Shown piece by piece: positions 21,814 through 32,000 of a DNA stretch of 32,000 bases. The stretch is taken from positions 120,001-152,000 of the forward strand of contig OZ245819.1 of assembly GCA_965228485.1 (NCBI GenBank), given 5' to 3'. Both the position numbers and the translations under genes were made by a program. Positions within the stretch are counted from its first letter, which is position 1. Every line of letters begins with the position of its first letter. Source of the stretch: Candidatus Saccharimonadota bacterium (GTDB lineage: Bacteria; Patescibacteriota; Gracilibacteria; UBA4473). The notes under the pieces were generated by a model. That model did no database searches and had not been told where the DNA came from. It was given only the letters and a program-made list of their open reading frames with translations.

Positions 21814-22857
21814 ATGGAAGCTTCAAGCCTTATAAATAAAATTTCTGATTTAGCCTCTCAAGCGGATGAGAAAGCTTTAAAAATTGACAATTTTGCCGAT
21901 TTGGAGTCTTTTTATGAAATTTTTTTAGGAAAGAAAAGTGAGTTACAGACTTGCTTAAAGAGTTTGAAGGCTTTGGAGAATGAAGCAAAGAGAGAAGTCG
22001 GCCCGGAGATTCAGGCTTTCAAACAAAAATGGGAACAATTTTTTCGGACTAAGAAAGCAGAATTAGAGTTGGAAGCTCTTAACAAGAAGTTAGCTTCGGA
22101 AAAACTAGATGTAACGAAATCAAAAGAGATTACTAAAGGAGCTCTACATCCTATTTCACTTATTCAGCGTAAAGTAGAAAATATTTTTACGAGTATGGGG
22201 TTTGAAATCGCTGATGGTCCAGAAGTAGAAACTGAATGGCATAATTTTGAAGCTTTGAATATTCCAGATACTCATCCGGCGCGAGACATGCAGGATACTT
22301 TTTTCGTTTCTACGGGGGCAGAGGATGCAAAAGAAAATGTAGTGCTTCGTACGCATACCTCTAGTGTACAGATTCGAAAAATGTTAGAGAAGGGAGTACC
22401 TGTTAAGGTAATTGCCCCGGGAAGGGTTTATAGAAATGAAGATGTAGATGCGACTCATGATGCAAGCTTCTACCAGGTGGAAGGTTTGCTTGTTGATGAG
22501 AATATTTCTGTAGCGGATTTTAAGGGAATTGTAGAAAAAATGCTGAGTGAGGTTTTTGAAAAGCCTATCACAGTAAGAATTCGGCCGGGTTATTTTCCTT
22601 TTGTAGAACCTGGTTTGGAGATTGATATTTGGTGGGAGTATAAAAATGCGGAAGGAAAAACTGTCGGAAGATGGTTAGAGTTTATGGGTGCCGGAATGGT
22701 CCACCCAAATGTTTTGAAGAATTGTGGTGTTGATCCACAAAAATACAGTGGTTTTGCTTTTGGTTTTGGACTGACTCGTCTCGTTATGATGAAGTACGGA
22801 ATTGAAGATATTCGACTGCTTTTTTCTCATAAAAAAGAGTTCTTACAACAATTTTAG
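21814..22857 (+). CDS. pheS: Phenylalanine--tRNA ligase alpha subunit
   Basis: FLGKKSEL near the N-terminus, then HPI...ENIFTSMGFEI..GPEVE..WHNFEALNIP..HPARDMQDTFF, LRTHTS, and GFAFGFGLTRLVM. The start is taken as Met22 of the tracked ORF (21751 is a TTG extension), and the exact start is uncertain. Confidence 0.9.
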   Translation: MEASSLINKISDLASQADEKALKIDNFADLESFYEIFLGKKSELQTCLKSLKALENEAKREVGPEIQAFKQKWEQFFRTKKAELELEALNKKLASEKLDVTKSKEITKGALHPISLIQRKVENIFTSMGFEIADGPEVETEWHNFEALNIPDTHPARDMQDTFFVSTGAEDAKENVVLRTHTSSVQIRKMLEKGVPVKVIAPGRVYRNEDVDATHDASFYQVEGLLVDENISVADFKGIVEKMLSEVFEKPITVRIRPGYFPFVEPGLEIDIWWEYKNAEGKTVGRWLEFMGAGMVHPNVLKNCGVDPQKYSGFAFGFGLTRLVMMKYGIEDIRLLFSHKKEFLQQF

Positions 22858-22875
22858 TTTTTAAACACTTTGTGT

Positions 22876-24108
22876 ATGTCTAAATTTCAGAAACGGATTG
22901 AAAAATTTGCACCAGAAGTTCAACAATTGATTCAAAAGGGGCGAGATCAAAAGTTCATTACAGAACAAGAGCTTATGAAGGTGGTCCCAAATGTAGAAGA
23001 AAATATCTTGCTACTAGATGAACTTTATGAGCTTTTCTTGGATTTGGGGGTAGAAGTTATTGATGTAAAAGAAGAAAAAATTTGGAAAGAACGTTTAGAT
23101 AATAAAGAAAAAGAAGAAACAACCGTAAAGGTAACGATTGAGGATGTAGAACCAACTGATGAAGATTTGAAACAAGAAGAAGAGCAAGAAGAATCTTCGG
23201 AAGATAATTTCGTAGATCTTTCTGAAATATCGAATGATTCAGTACGAATGTACCTGAATGAGATTGGTCGAATTCCACTTTTGACAGCGGAAGAAGAAGT
23301 AGAATTAGCAAAACGAATAGAGAAGGGAGATTTATCGGCTAAGCAAAAATTGGCGGAATCAAATCTTCGATTGGTGGTGTCTATTGCGAAAAGATATATT
23401 GGAAGAGGACTGCCTTTTCTTGATCTTATGCAGGAGGGGAACTTTGGTTTACTTCGAGCGGTTGAGAAATTTGATTATACTAAAGGTTTCAAATTCTCGA
23501 CGTACGCTACGTGGTGGATTCGACAAGCTATTACTCGAGCAATCGCTGATCAAGCCCGAACCATTAGAATTCCAGTGCATATGGTTGAGACGATTAACAA
23601 GTTGACTCATACTCAGCGTCGTCTTCAGCAAGAACTTGGACGAGAGCCTTTGCCAGAAGAAATTGCGGCTGAAATGGATCTAGATCTTAAAAAGGTTAAC
23701 CATATTCTTAAAATTTCTCAGGATATTGTTTCTTTGGAATCTCCGGTGGGATCAGAAGAAGATTCAAAACTGGGAGATTTTATTGAAGATGAAGGAGCAC
23801 TTTCTCCATTTGAGACGGCTCATCGTCAGATGATCAAAGAGAATATTACTGACCTTTTACAATATCTTTCTGCTCGAGAACAAAAAATTATTAAGATGCG
23901 TTTTGGTCTTGATGATGGAGTTCCTCATACGTTGGAAGAGGTGGGTAAAGAATTCAATGTTACACGTGAACGTATTCGTCAGATCGAGGCTAAGGTTCTG
24001 GAAAAACTTCGAACTCACCCGATGTCGATGAAGATTTCAGAAGACCCGAGTAATAAAAAAGATAATTACCCATTATATACGAATTCAAAAGTTCCAGGGC
24101 AGAAATAG
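22876..24108 (+). CDS. rpoD: Primary-type RNA polymerase sigma-70 factor
   Basis: [15 protein letters not shown] (region 1.2), [80 protein letters not shown] (regions 2-3), and [25 protein letters not shown] (region 4.2). I prefer ATG 22876 to TTG 22870. Confidence 0.9.
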   Translation: MSKFQKRIEKFAPEVQQLIQKGRDQKFITEQELMKVVPNVEENILLLDELYELFLDLGVEVIDVKEEKIWKERLDNKEKEETTVKVTIEDVEPTDEDLKQEEEQEESSEDNFVDLSEISNDSVRMYLNEIGRIPLLTAEEEVELAKRIEKGDLSAKQKLAESNLRLVVSIAKRYIGRGLPFLDLMQEGNFGLLRAVEKFDYTKGFKFSTYATWWIRQAITRAIADQARTIRIPVHMVETINKLTHTQRRLQQELGREPLPEEIAAEMDLDLKKVNHILKISQDIVSLESPVGSEEDSKLGDFIEDEGALSPFETAHRQMIKENITDLLQYLSAREQKIIKMRFGLDDGVPHTLEEVGKEFNVTRERIRQIEAKVLEKLRTHPMSMKISEDPSNKKDNYPLYTNSKVPGQK

Positions 24109-24173
24109 CCTGGATTAAACTTGCCATTTAAAAAAATATTTTTAAATTTTCCTTACTTTATTAAAGCATAAAT

Positions 24174-24656
24174 ATGACAGCAAACGACAATAAACAAGCC
24201 GTTCTACTCACCAAGGAAGGACTTAGAAAGCTTCAAGAGGAGCTTGATCAACTAAAAACTGTTGGTCGTAAAGAAGTGGCCGATCGTTTGGCTGAAGCTA
24301 TTTCTTACGGAGATCTTTCTGAAAATTCAGAATACGATGAAGCCAAGAATCAACAGGCTTTTGTTGAAGGACGAATTTTGGAACTAGAAGAGCAAATTAA
24401 AAATGCTCAGATTGTTGAAAGTTCAACGGTAGAAAAAGGCGTTATTCAGATTGGTTCCAAAGTTACCCTTAAGAGAAAGGGCTCTGATACTCATGAGTAT
24501 TCTATTGTTGGTTCAACGGAAGCTGATCCAATGGCTCACAAAATTTCTAATGAATCTCCAGTAGGAGCTGCTATTATTGGTAAAAAAGCAAAAGATAAAG
24601 TTAAGGTTAAAGCACCAGGAGGAACTTTTGAATACGAAATTCAAAAAGTAGCCTAA
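24174..24656 (+). CDS. greA: Transcription elongation factor GreA
   Basis: LTKEGLRKLQEELDQLK..GRKEVADRLAEAISYGDLSENSEYDEAKNQQAFVEGRILELEEQI, plus a C-terminal SNESPVGAAIIGKK block. Confidence 0.95.
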   Translation: MTANDNKQAVLLTKEGLRKLQEELDQLKTVGRKEVADRLAEAISYGDLSENSEYDEAKNQQAFVEGRILELEEQIKNAQIVESSTVEKGVIQIGSKVTLKRKGSDTHEYSIVGSTEADPMAHKISNESPVGAAIIGKKAKDKVKVKAPGGTFEYEIQKVA

Positions 24657-24682
24657 GTTTTAAACTCTATATTTTAAAGAGT

Positions 24683-24717
24683 AGGGAAGCATCGAAATGC
24701 TTTCCTATTTTTTTTTA
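24683..24717 (+). terminator. Rho-independent terminator after greA
   Basis: AGGGAAGCAT-CGAA-ATGCTTTCCT forms a 10-bp stem with one G-U pair, followed by ATTTTTTTTT. Confidence 0.7.
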
Positions 24718-24738
24718 TTGTTTAGAATTAGATCACTT

Positions 24739-25713
24739 ATGAAATACAATATTACTAAAGACGATCTCAAACAAACCATTGATAAAATTAGCTTTAGGGA
24801 AGCTGCTTTTCATCATTCCGGGAAGGTTAGAGAGAGTTTTGTTTTTGATAACGAAAAGAGAGCTATCGTCGTTACGGATCGTGTATCGGCTTTTGATTTC
24901 ATTCTTGGGACGATTCCTTTTAAAGGACAAGTCTTAAATCAACTAGCCGCTTGGTGGTTTAATGAACTTACAAAAATTGAGGTTCCTCATCATTTGATAG
25001 ACGTGCCTCATTCAAATGTCTCTTTGGTAAAAAGTGTAAAACCTTTACCAGTTGAAATCGTTGTTAGAGGCTATTTGACGGGGACTACGACGACGTCTTC
25101 TTGGTATGCTTACCAGAATAATGATCGTGAGATATCAGGTATTGTTATGCCAGAGGGGATGAAGAAAAATGAACCATTTGAAAATCCTATTATCACGCCT
25201 ACAACAAAACCTGAAGTTGGTCATGATATGAATATTTCTAAAGAAGAAATATTAAATCAAAAGTTGGTGTCACCAGAGATTTACAAGAAAGTAGAAGAAT
25301 ATGCTCTGAAAATGTTTTTACATGGTCAAAAGGTGGCAAAAGAAAGAGGATTGATATTAGTTGATACTAAGTATGAAATGGGGCTTACCAATGCTGGAGA
25401 GTTACTCGTCATAGATGAAGTTCATACTCCAGACTCTTCTCGATATTGGGTAGCTGATTCTTATGAAGAACGGCTAGTAGAGGGATGTGAACCAGAGGGG
25501 TTAGATAAAGAATTTGTGAGAAGAATGATTGTTAATGCGGGATATGATGTTGATGATGCAACACAAAACCCTGCAGATTTTTTAAATGAGGATATAAAAC
25601 TCCAAGCGGCAGAACGATACTTGGAATTGTTCACTCGAATGACGGGAGAAACTTTGACTCTTAAGCGACAAGATTTCACAACGGAGATAAAGCAGCTTTT
25701 GAAAACAATTTAA
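24739..25713 (+). CDS. purC: SAICAR synthetase (phosphoribosylaminoimidazole-succinocarboxamide synthase), long form
   Basis: HSGKVRE, VTDRVSAFDFILG, VRGYLTGTT, LVDTKYEMG and IDEVHTPDSSRYW. The start is moved to ATG 24739 because the tracked ATG 24697 lies inside the greA terminator. Confidence 0.85.
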   Translation: MKYNITKDDLKQTIDKISFREAAFHHSGKVRESFVFDNEKRAIVVTDRVSAFDFILGTIPFKGQVLNQLAAWWFNELTKIEVPHHLIDVPHSNVSLVKSVKPLPVEIVVRGYLTGTTTTSSWYAYQNNDREISGIVMPEGMKKNEPFENPIITPTTKPEVGHDMNISKEEILNQKLVSPEIYKKVEEYALKMFLHGQKVAKERGLILVDTKYEMGLTNAGELLVIDEVHTPDSSRYWVADSYEERLVEGCEPEGLDKEFVRRMIVNAGYDVDDATQNPADFLNEDIKLQAAERYLELFTRMTGETLTLKRQDFTTEIKQLLKTI

Positions 25714-25904
25714 TTTGTTTATCTTTGTATTTATTTTACTCAAGGAAATGAGTTTTGCCTTTTTGAAAGTTCGTTATACCGAACCCAAACTAGTATAAAA
25801 AACAAAAAAGTTGTTCAAGCAAATCGTTTTTCGCACAATTATTTGCGCTCTATGTTAGTTTTTTATTAATATTGGTCTGCTTATATTTTTTAACAACTAA
25901 AAAA

Positions 25905-26444
25905 ATGCAAACAAACATGCAAAGAAAAGGGTTTACCCTAATCGAGTTGCTTGTAGTGATCGTGATCATTGGTATTTTGGCCACTATCTCTGTAGCGACT
26001 TTCTCTGGGTACTTCAAAAAAGCACGTGATTCTGAACGACAAGCAGCTGTTCGGAATATCGCTACGCTACTAAAAACAGCGCGAGCCACTGATGCTATCG
26101 TTTCTTACTCTATCGTAACAGATAATGATGATGGAACGAGTACGCTAAGTACAAGTATCACTGGAAGTGCTGAAACAAGTATCGATGCACTTCTTCTTGC
26201 TGAAGGTGAGTACGAAGTTCCAGCACTTACAAAAACTGGATTCACTTACCACTACTTCACTAATGATGCTGACAACTTCGCAGTATATACTTGTGGAGAA
26301 GATAGCGCTGCGCTTATCATTGATGGTACGCAAGGAGCTAAAACTGTTGTAGAAGCAGCAAATGGTGGATCTTGTAGTGCTAACGGAGTAACAAATGGTA
26401 CAAGTATCGTTGATGCTAACCATGCTGATATTACTGGAAGTTAA
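25905..26444 (+). CDS. Type IV pilin-like protein (prepilin N-terminal cleavage/methylation motif)
   Basis: MQTNMQRKG|FTLIELLVVIVIIGILATISVATF has Gly-1, Phe+1 and Glu+5. There is a C-terminal Cys pair (YTCGED...GGSCSANG). ATG 25917 is an equally possible start. Confidence 0.85.
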   Translation: MQTNMQRKGFTLIELLVVIVIIGILATISVATFSGYFKKARDSERQAAVRNIATLLKTARATDAIVSYSIVTDNDDGTSTLSTSITGSAETSIDALLLAEGEYEVPALTKTGFTYHYFTNDADNFAVYTCGEDSAALIIDGTQGAKTVVEAANGGSCSANGVTNGTSIVDANHADITGS

Positions 26445-26467
26445 AACTAAGATTTAATTTCTATCTG

Positions 26468-26500
26468 GAAAGGGGCGGCAATTCCGCTCCTTTTCTTTAC
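26468..26500 (+). terminator. Rho-independent terminator after the first pilin gene
   Basis: GAAAGGGGCGG-CAATT-CCGCTCCTTTTC forms a stem with one G-U pair, followed by T-rich sequence. Confidence 0.55.
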
Positions 26501-26531
26501 TCTTATGTTTTTTTCGATAAAATTTTTGTAA

Positions 26532-27071
26532 ATGAAAATAAAAAAATCGGGGTTCACTTTGATTGAGACACTTACGGTTTTAGTGGTTGTAGCAATCTTA
26601 GCTGGATTTAGTGTGGCAACCTTTAGAGTTTATATTGCTAAAAGCCAAGATTCTTATCGACTTGGCGCGATCAAAAATATGGGAGTAATCATTAAAGCTC
26701 ATGGTTTCCGATCTGATGCTCCAAACTTTGCTGATGTTGATGATGATTCGGTTTTCTCTACGGCAGATCCTGTTGAGATTGGGGATATTGCAGCGGTTCT
26801 TGGAGAACAAGATTACTATTTACCAAAACAAGAGATAGATACGTGTTACTTATATGGATATGAAAGTCAGCCTGCAGAGCATGATGATTTCTTGCTACTG
26901 GTTCAGCGTAAGGATGAGAATGCTCCAGAAGGAGACTTTATTTATGATGGAACGGAAGGGGCTTTGAAAGAAGCCAAAAATATTACAGCTATGTCTTGTG
27001 CCTCTGGAAGCGAAGGCGTTACTGGCGGTTCTTGGACAAATTATACCTGGTTGAATTTAACGCCATTATAG
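26532..27071 (+). CDS. Type IV pilin-like protein, second copy
   Basis: MKIKKSG|FTLIETLTVLVVVAILAGFSVATF has Gly-1, Phe+1 and Glu+5. There is a Cys pair (DTCYLYG...AMSCASG). Confidence 0.8.
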   Translation: MKIKKSGFTLIETLTVLVVVAILAGFSVATFRVYIAKSQDSYRLGAIKNMGVIIKAHGFRSDAPNFADVDDDSVFSTADPVEIGDIAAVLGEQDYYLPKQEIDTCYLYGYESQPAEHDDFLLLVQRKDENAPEGDFIYDGTEGALKEAKNITAMSCASGSEGVTGGSWTNYTWLNLTPL

Positions 27072-27075
27072 ACAG

Positions 27076-29876
<2,801 letters not shown>

Positions 29877-29985
29877 TTAAGCCTTTTAGAGCAAATAATT
29901 TACGGGTATATTTTATTGTTTTTTCTTGTAAGCGTTATTGATTATTTTATAATCCTGGTCGTATTTAACTAACCTACAAAATACT

Positions 29986-30279
29986 ATGGGAATGTTTGGT
30001 CAAATGGGAGACATGTATAAGCTTCAGAAAGAAGCGAAAAAAATTAAAAAAGAACTTGCTAATACGCATATCTTTTCTGAGTCAGACGGTGTGAAAGTTA
30101 CCGTTTCAGGAGAACAAGAAATGATTAAAGTAGAAATTCTGGATGAGACAATTCTTGGAGATACTAAGCGATTGGAAAAGGCAGTATTAGAAGCTTCTAA
30201 TAAAGCTTTCAAAAAGGCTCAACAAGTGGCAGCTGAAAAAATGAAAGCTGTTATGGGAGATTTTCCAGGAATGGCATAA
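29986..30279 (+). CDS. ybaB: YbaB/EbfC-family nucleoid-associated protein
   Basis: 97 aa. MYKLQKEAKKIKKELANT...GVKVTVSGEQEMIKVEILDE...LEKAVLEASNKAFKKAQQVAAEKM is typical of the family. Confidence 0.85.
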   Translation: MGMFGQMGDMYKLQKEAKKIKKELANTHIFSESDGVKVTVSGEQEMIKVEILDETILGDTKRLEKAVLEASNKAFKKAQQVAAEKMKAVMGDFPGMA

Positions 30280-30289
30280 ATTTACTTTC

Positions 30290-31264
30290 ATGAAAAAGTA
30301 TTTATTTTTAGTCTTACTCCTCATTTTTTGTTACTTTGCGGGGAGGGTGGTTATGGTTTGGGATAAACCCAATAGTGATAGCTCATCTCGTGTGACTTTT
30401 ACCGTTCCAAAGGGAGCGAGTTTGAATAAGATTATTGGTATTCTTGATGAAAAAGAGCTTATTAGAGATCCTTTGGTTTTTAAATGGTTTATTCGTTACA
30501 ATGGACTTTCAACTAAATTGCAAGCGGGGGACTATGTAGTTCAAAAGGATTTAACCTTTGCTGAGTTGGCTGAAATTTTGCAAAACGGAAAATCTGAGGA
30601 AGTAAGAATTACTATCCCAGAAGGTTACACTATAGAGCAAATTGATGCTTTGCTAGCCAAAAAAAGCTTAACAAGTCCTGGGGAATTTAAAGATTGTACG
30701 AGTACTTGTGATTTAGGATTTCAAGTAGAGGCTTTAGAGGGATATCTTTTTCCTTCTACTTATTTTGAGCCTTATCAATCATTCACCGTTCGTAAATTTA
30801 TTCAGCGATTATATCGAACTTTTCAACAACAGATTACAGCGCTTCGAATGGACATTAGTGCTTCAGAGAGAACTTTAGATGAAGTTGTAAAGGTGGCTTC
30901 TATGATTGAAAGGGAGGCTTTTGGTGACAGCTATGAAGAAAAGCAAATGATTGCAGACGTTATATGGAAACGTCTAGATGAAGGTATTCATTTAGGAATC
31001 GATGCGACTACTCGTTACGAAAAAAATGATTGGACTGGACCGTTGTATGCCGAAGACTTTGCGAAAGATACGCCTTATAATACTCGTAGAAAACTCGGAC
31101 TTCCACCAACGGCAATCTCAAATCCTGGTTTAGATTCTTTGAAAGCGGCGGTTTACCCAAAATCAACAGAGTACTACTATTACCTGCATGACAGTTCTGG
31201 AAAAGTTCATTTTGGAAAGAACTTGGAGGAACACAACGAAAATAAACGAAAGTACATTTATTAA
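30290..31264 (+). CDS. mltG: Endolytic murein transglycosylase MltG (YceG-like)
   Basis: An N-terminal TM helix, then FTVPKGASLNKII, LQAGDY, ITIPEGYTIEQI, LEGYLFPSTY, ASMIEREA, YNTRRKLGLPPTAISNPG and YYYYLHD. Confidence 0.9.
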   Translation: MKKYLFLVLLLIFCYFAGRVVMVWDKPNSDSSSRVTFTVPKGASLNKIIGILDEKELIRDPLVFKWFIRYNGLSTKLQAGDYVVQKDLTFAELAEILQNGKSEEVRITIPEGYTIEQIDALLAKKSLTSPGEFKDCTSTCDLGFQVEALEGYLFPSTYFEPYQSFTVRKFIQRLYRTFQQQITALRMDISASERTLDEVVKVASMIEREAFGDSYEEKQMIADVIWKRLDEGIHLGIDATTRYEKNDWTGPLYAEDFAKDTPYNTRRKLGLPPTAISNPGLDSLKAAVYPKSTEYYYYLHDSSGKVHFGKNLEEHNENKRKYIY

Positions 31265-31545
31265 GCTGCTACTTGTTTTACCGGTTCTTTAACGATCTCT
31301 GAGGCTCTTTTTCGAATTTGTAAAGATAATTTTTCTATTAGTATTTCAGCTCGTGCAATATCAATGGTAGTTCTTTCATGGGCTCCTTGTGCAAGTTTGT
31401 TTCGTCCTTCTGGAGTTGATAATAGATCTTCACTGGTATCATTTAAAACTTCAGCAAACACCTCAATATTTCCTGATTCGATTTTTGCTAATTCATCTAT
31501 CTCTCTATCTTCTAGCCCTCGAGTGTAATCGTATGCGTATTCCAT
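31261..31545 (-). CDS. Hypothetical acidic protein (94 aa)
   Basis: ORF only. It overlaps the mltG stop by 4 nt in convergent orientation. I recognised no motif. Confidence 0.4.
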   Translation of the reverse strand: MEYAYDYTRGLEDREIDELAKIESGNIEVFAEVLNDTSEDLLSTPEGRNKLAQGAHERTTIDIARAEILIEKLSLQIRKRASEIVKEPVKQVAA

Positions 31546-31664
31546 TTTTAAAAAAATTATCTTGTCCCAAATGATACTCCTAAGCAGTTTGTTTTGGGAA
31601 GTGAATTTTTGATGAACTGTTAGATGTTTGTTGACATATTTTCTATATATTTTATTAATATTTC

Positions 31665-32000
31665 ATGGATTTGGAAAAATTTGATAGTATTGGAGCTTCA
31701 GAGCGTATTTCTCGTTCATTAGAGGTTGTTTCGAGGGCCAGTGATAATGTTCGAACAAGTTTAATTCCAGATTTAATATCTAAGGGAATCTCATCTGAAG
31801 AAGCTTACTTTTCTATGCATCGTTCATATTTTGATGAAGATCCCCTTATGTCTCAGTTTCATCATGACTACTTGTTAGAAGCTCCAGAATTAACAGTTGC
31901 TTATGTTCGATCTATTGCAGAGAGGACTGCTGGTGATTATTCCAATATGGTTGGGTGTCTTCGCCAAAATGATCCCAAAGTAGGGGATATAACTTTTCCA
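31665..32000 (+). CDS. Hypothetical protein, 3'-truncated by the window end (not in the supplied track)
   Basis: My hand translation from ATG 31665 gives 112 codons with no stop: MDLEKFDSIGASERISRSLEVVSRASDNVRTSLIPDLISKG...NDPKVGDITFP. TTGACA at 31631-31636 with ATTAAT at 31654-31659 (17-nt spacer) would put the transcript start at or next to the ATG. Confidence 0.5.
   Translation, partial: MDLEKFDSIGASERISRSLEVVSRASDNVRTSLIPDLISKGISSEEAYFSMHRSYFDEDPLMSQFHHDYLLEAPELTVAYVRSIAERTAGDYSNMVGCLRQNDPKVGDITFP

Overview
The window looks like moderately AT-rich bacterial chromosome read in the standard genetic code. By inference only, it could come from an uncultivated small-genome lineage (CPR/Patescibacteria-like, e.g. 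Peregrinibacteria). The hints are many very acidic low-complexity proteins, no visible Shine-Dalgarno sequences, type IV pilins, and an orphan purC. The right third (about 20.0-32.0 kb) is ordinary housekeeping: hup, pheS, rpoD, greA, purC, two type IV pilin-like genes, gyrB, ybaB and mltG. It also holds a Pro/Ala/Glu-rich tandem-repeat protein and a truncated WbaP-like membrane protein. The left two thirds (about 1-19.9 kb) look accessory, interrupted only by a TagA/WecG glycosyltransferase and an RNHCP-domain protein. This region holds a dense cluster of large acidic proteins with different peptidoglycan-attacking C-terminal domains: two TIGR02594/NlpC-P60-like, one CHAP-like, one YkuD-like, one SGNH esterase fused to an SLT lytic transglycosylase, one stand-alone SGNH, and one COG5526-type lysozyme-like. 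Six of these enzymes, plus one chimeric mini-ORF, begin with the same short hydrophilic N-terminal motif: MK at positions 1-2 and aromatic residues at exactly positions 15 and 17. None has a Sec-type hydrophobic signal. They are interleaved with two families of small helical proteins and driven by extended -10 promoters. A segmental duplication has left a gene remnant and a chimeric ORF. I interpret this as a candidate, apparently undescribed, polymorphic cell-wall-degrading effector locus with its own targeting motif and adaptor- or immunity-like partners. No secretion apparatus is visible in the window, and every domain call comes from motif recognition by eye. I saw no tRNA, rRNA, CRISPR array, transposase or integrase.
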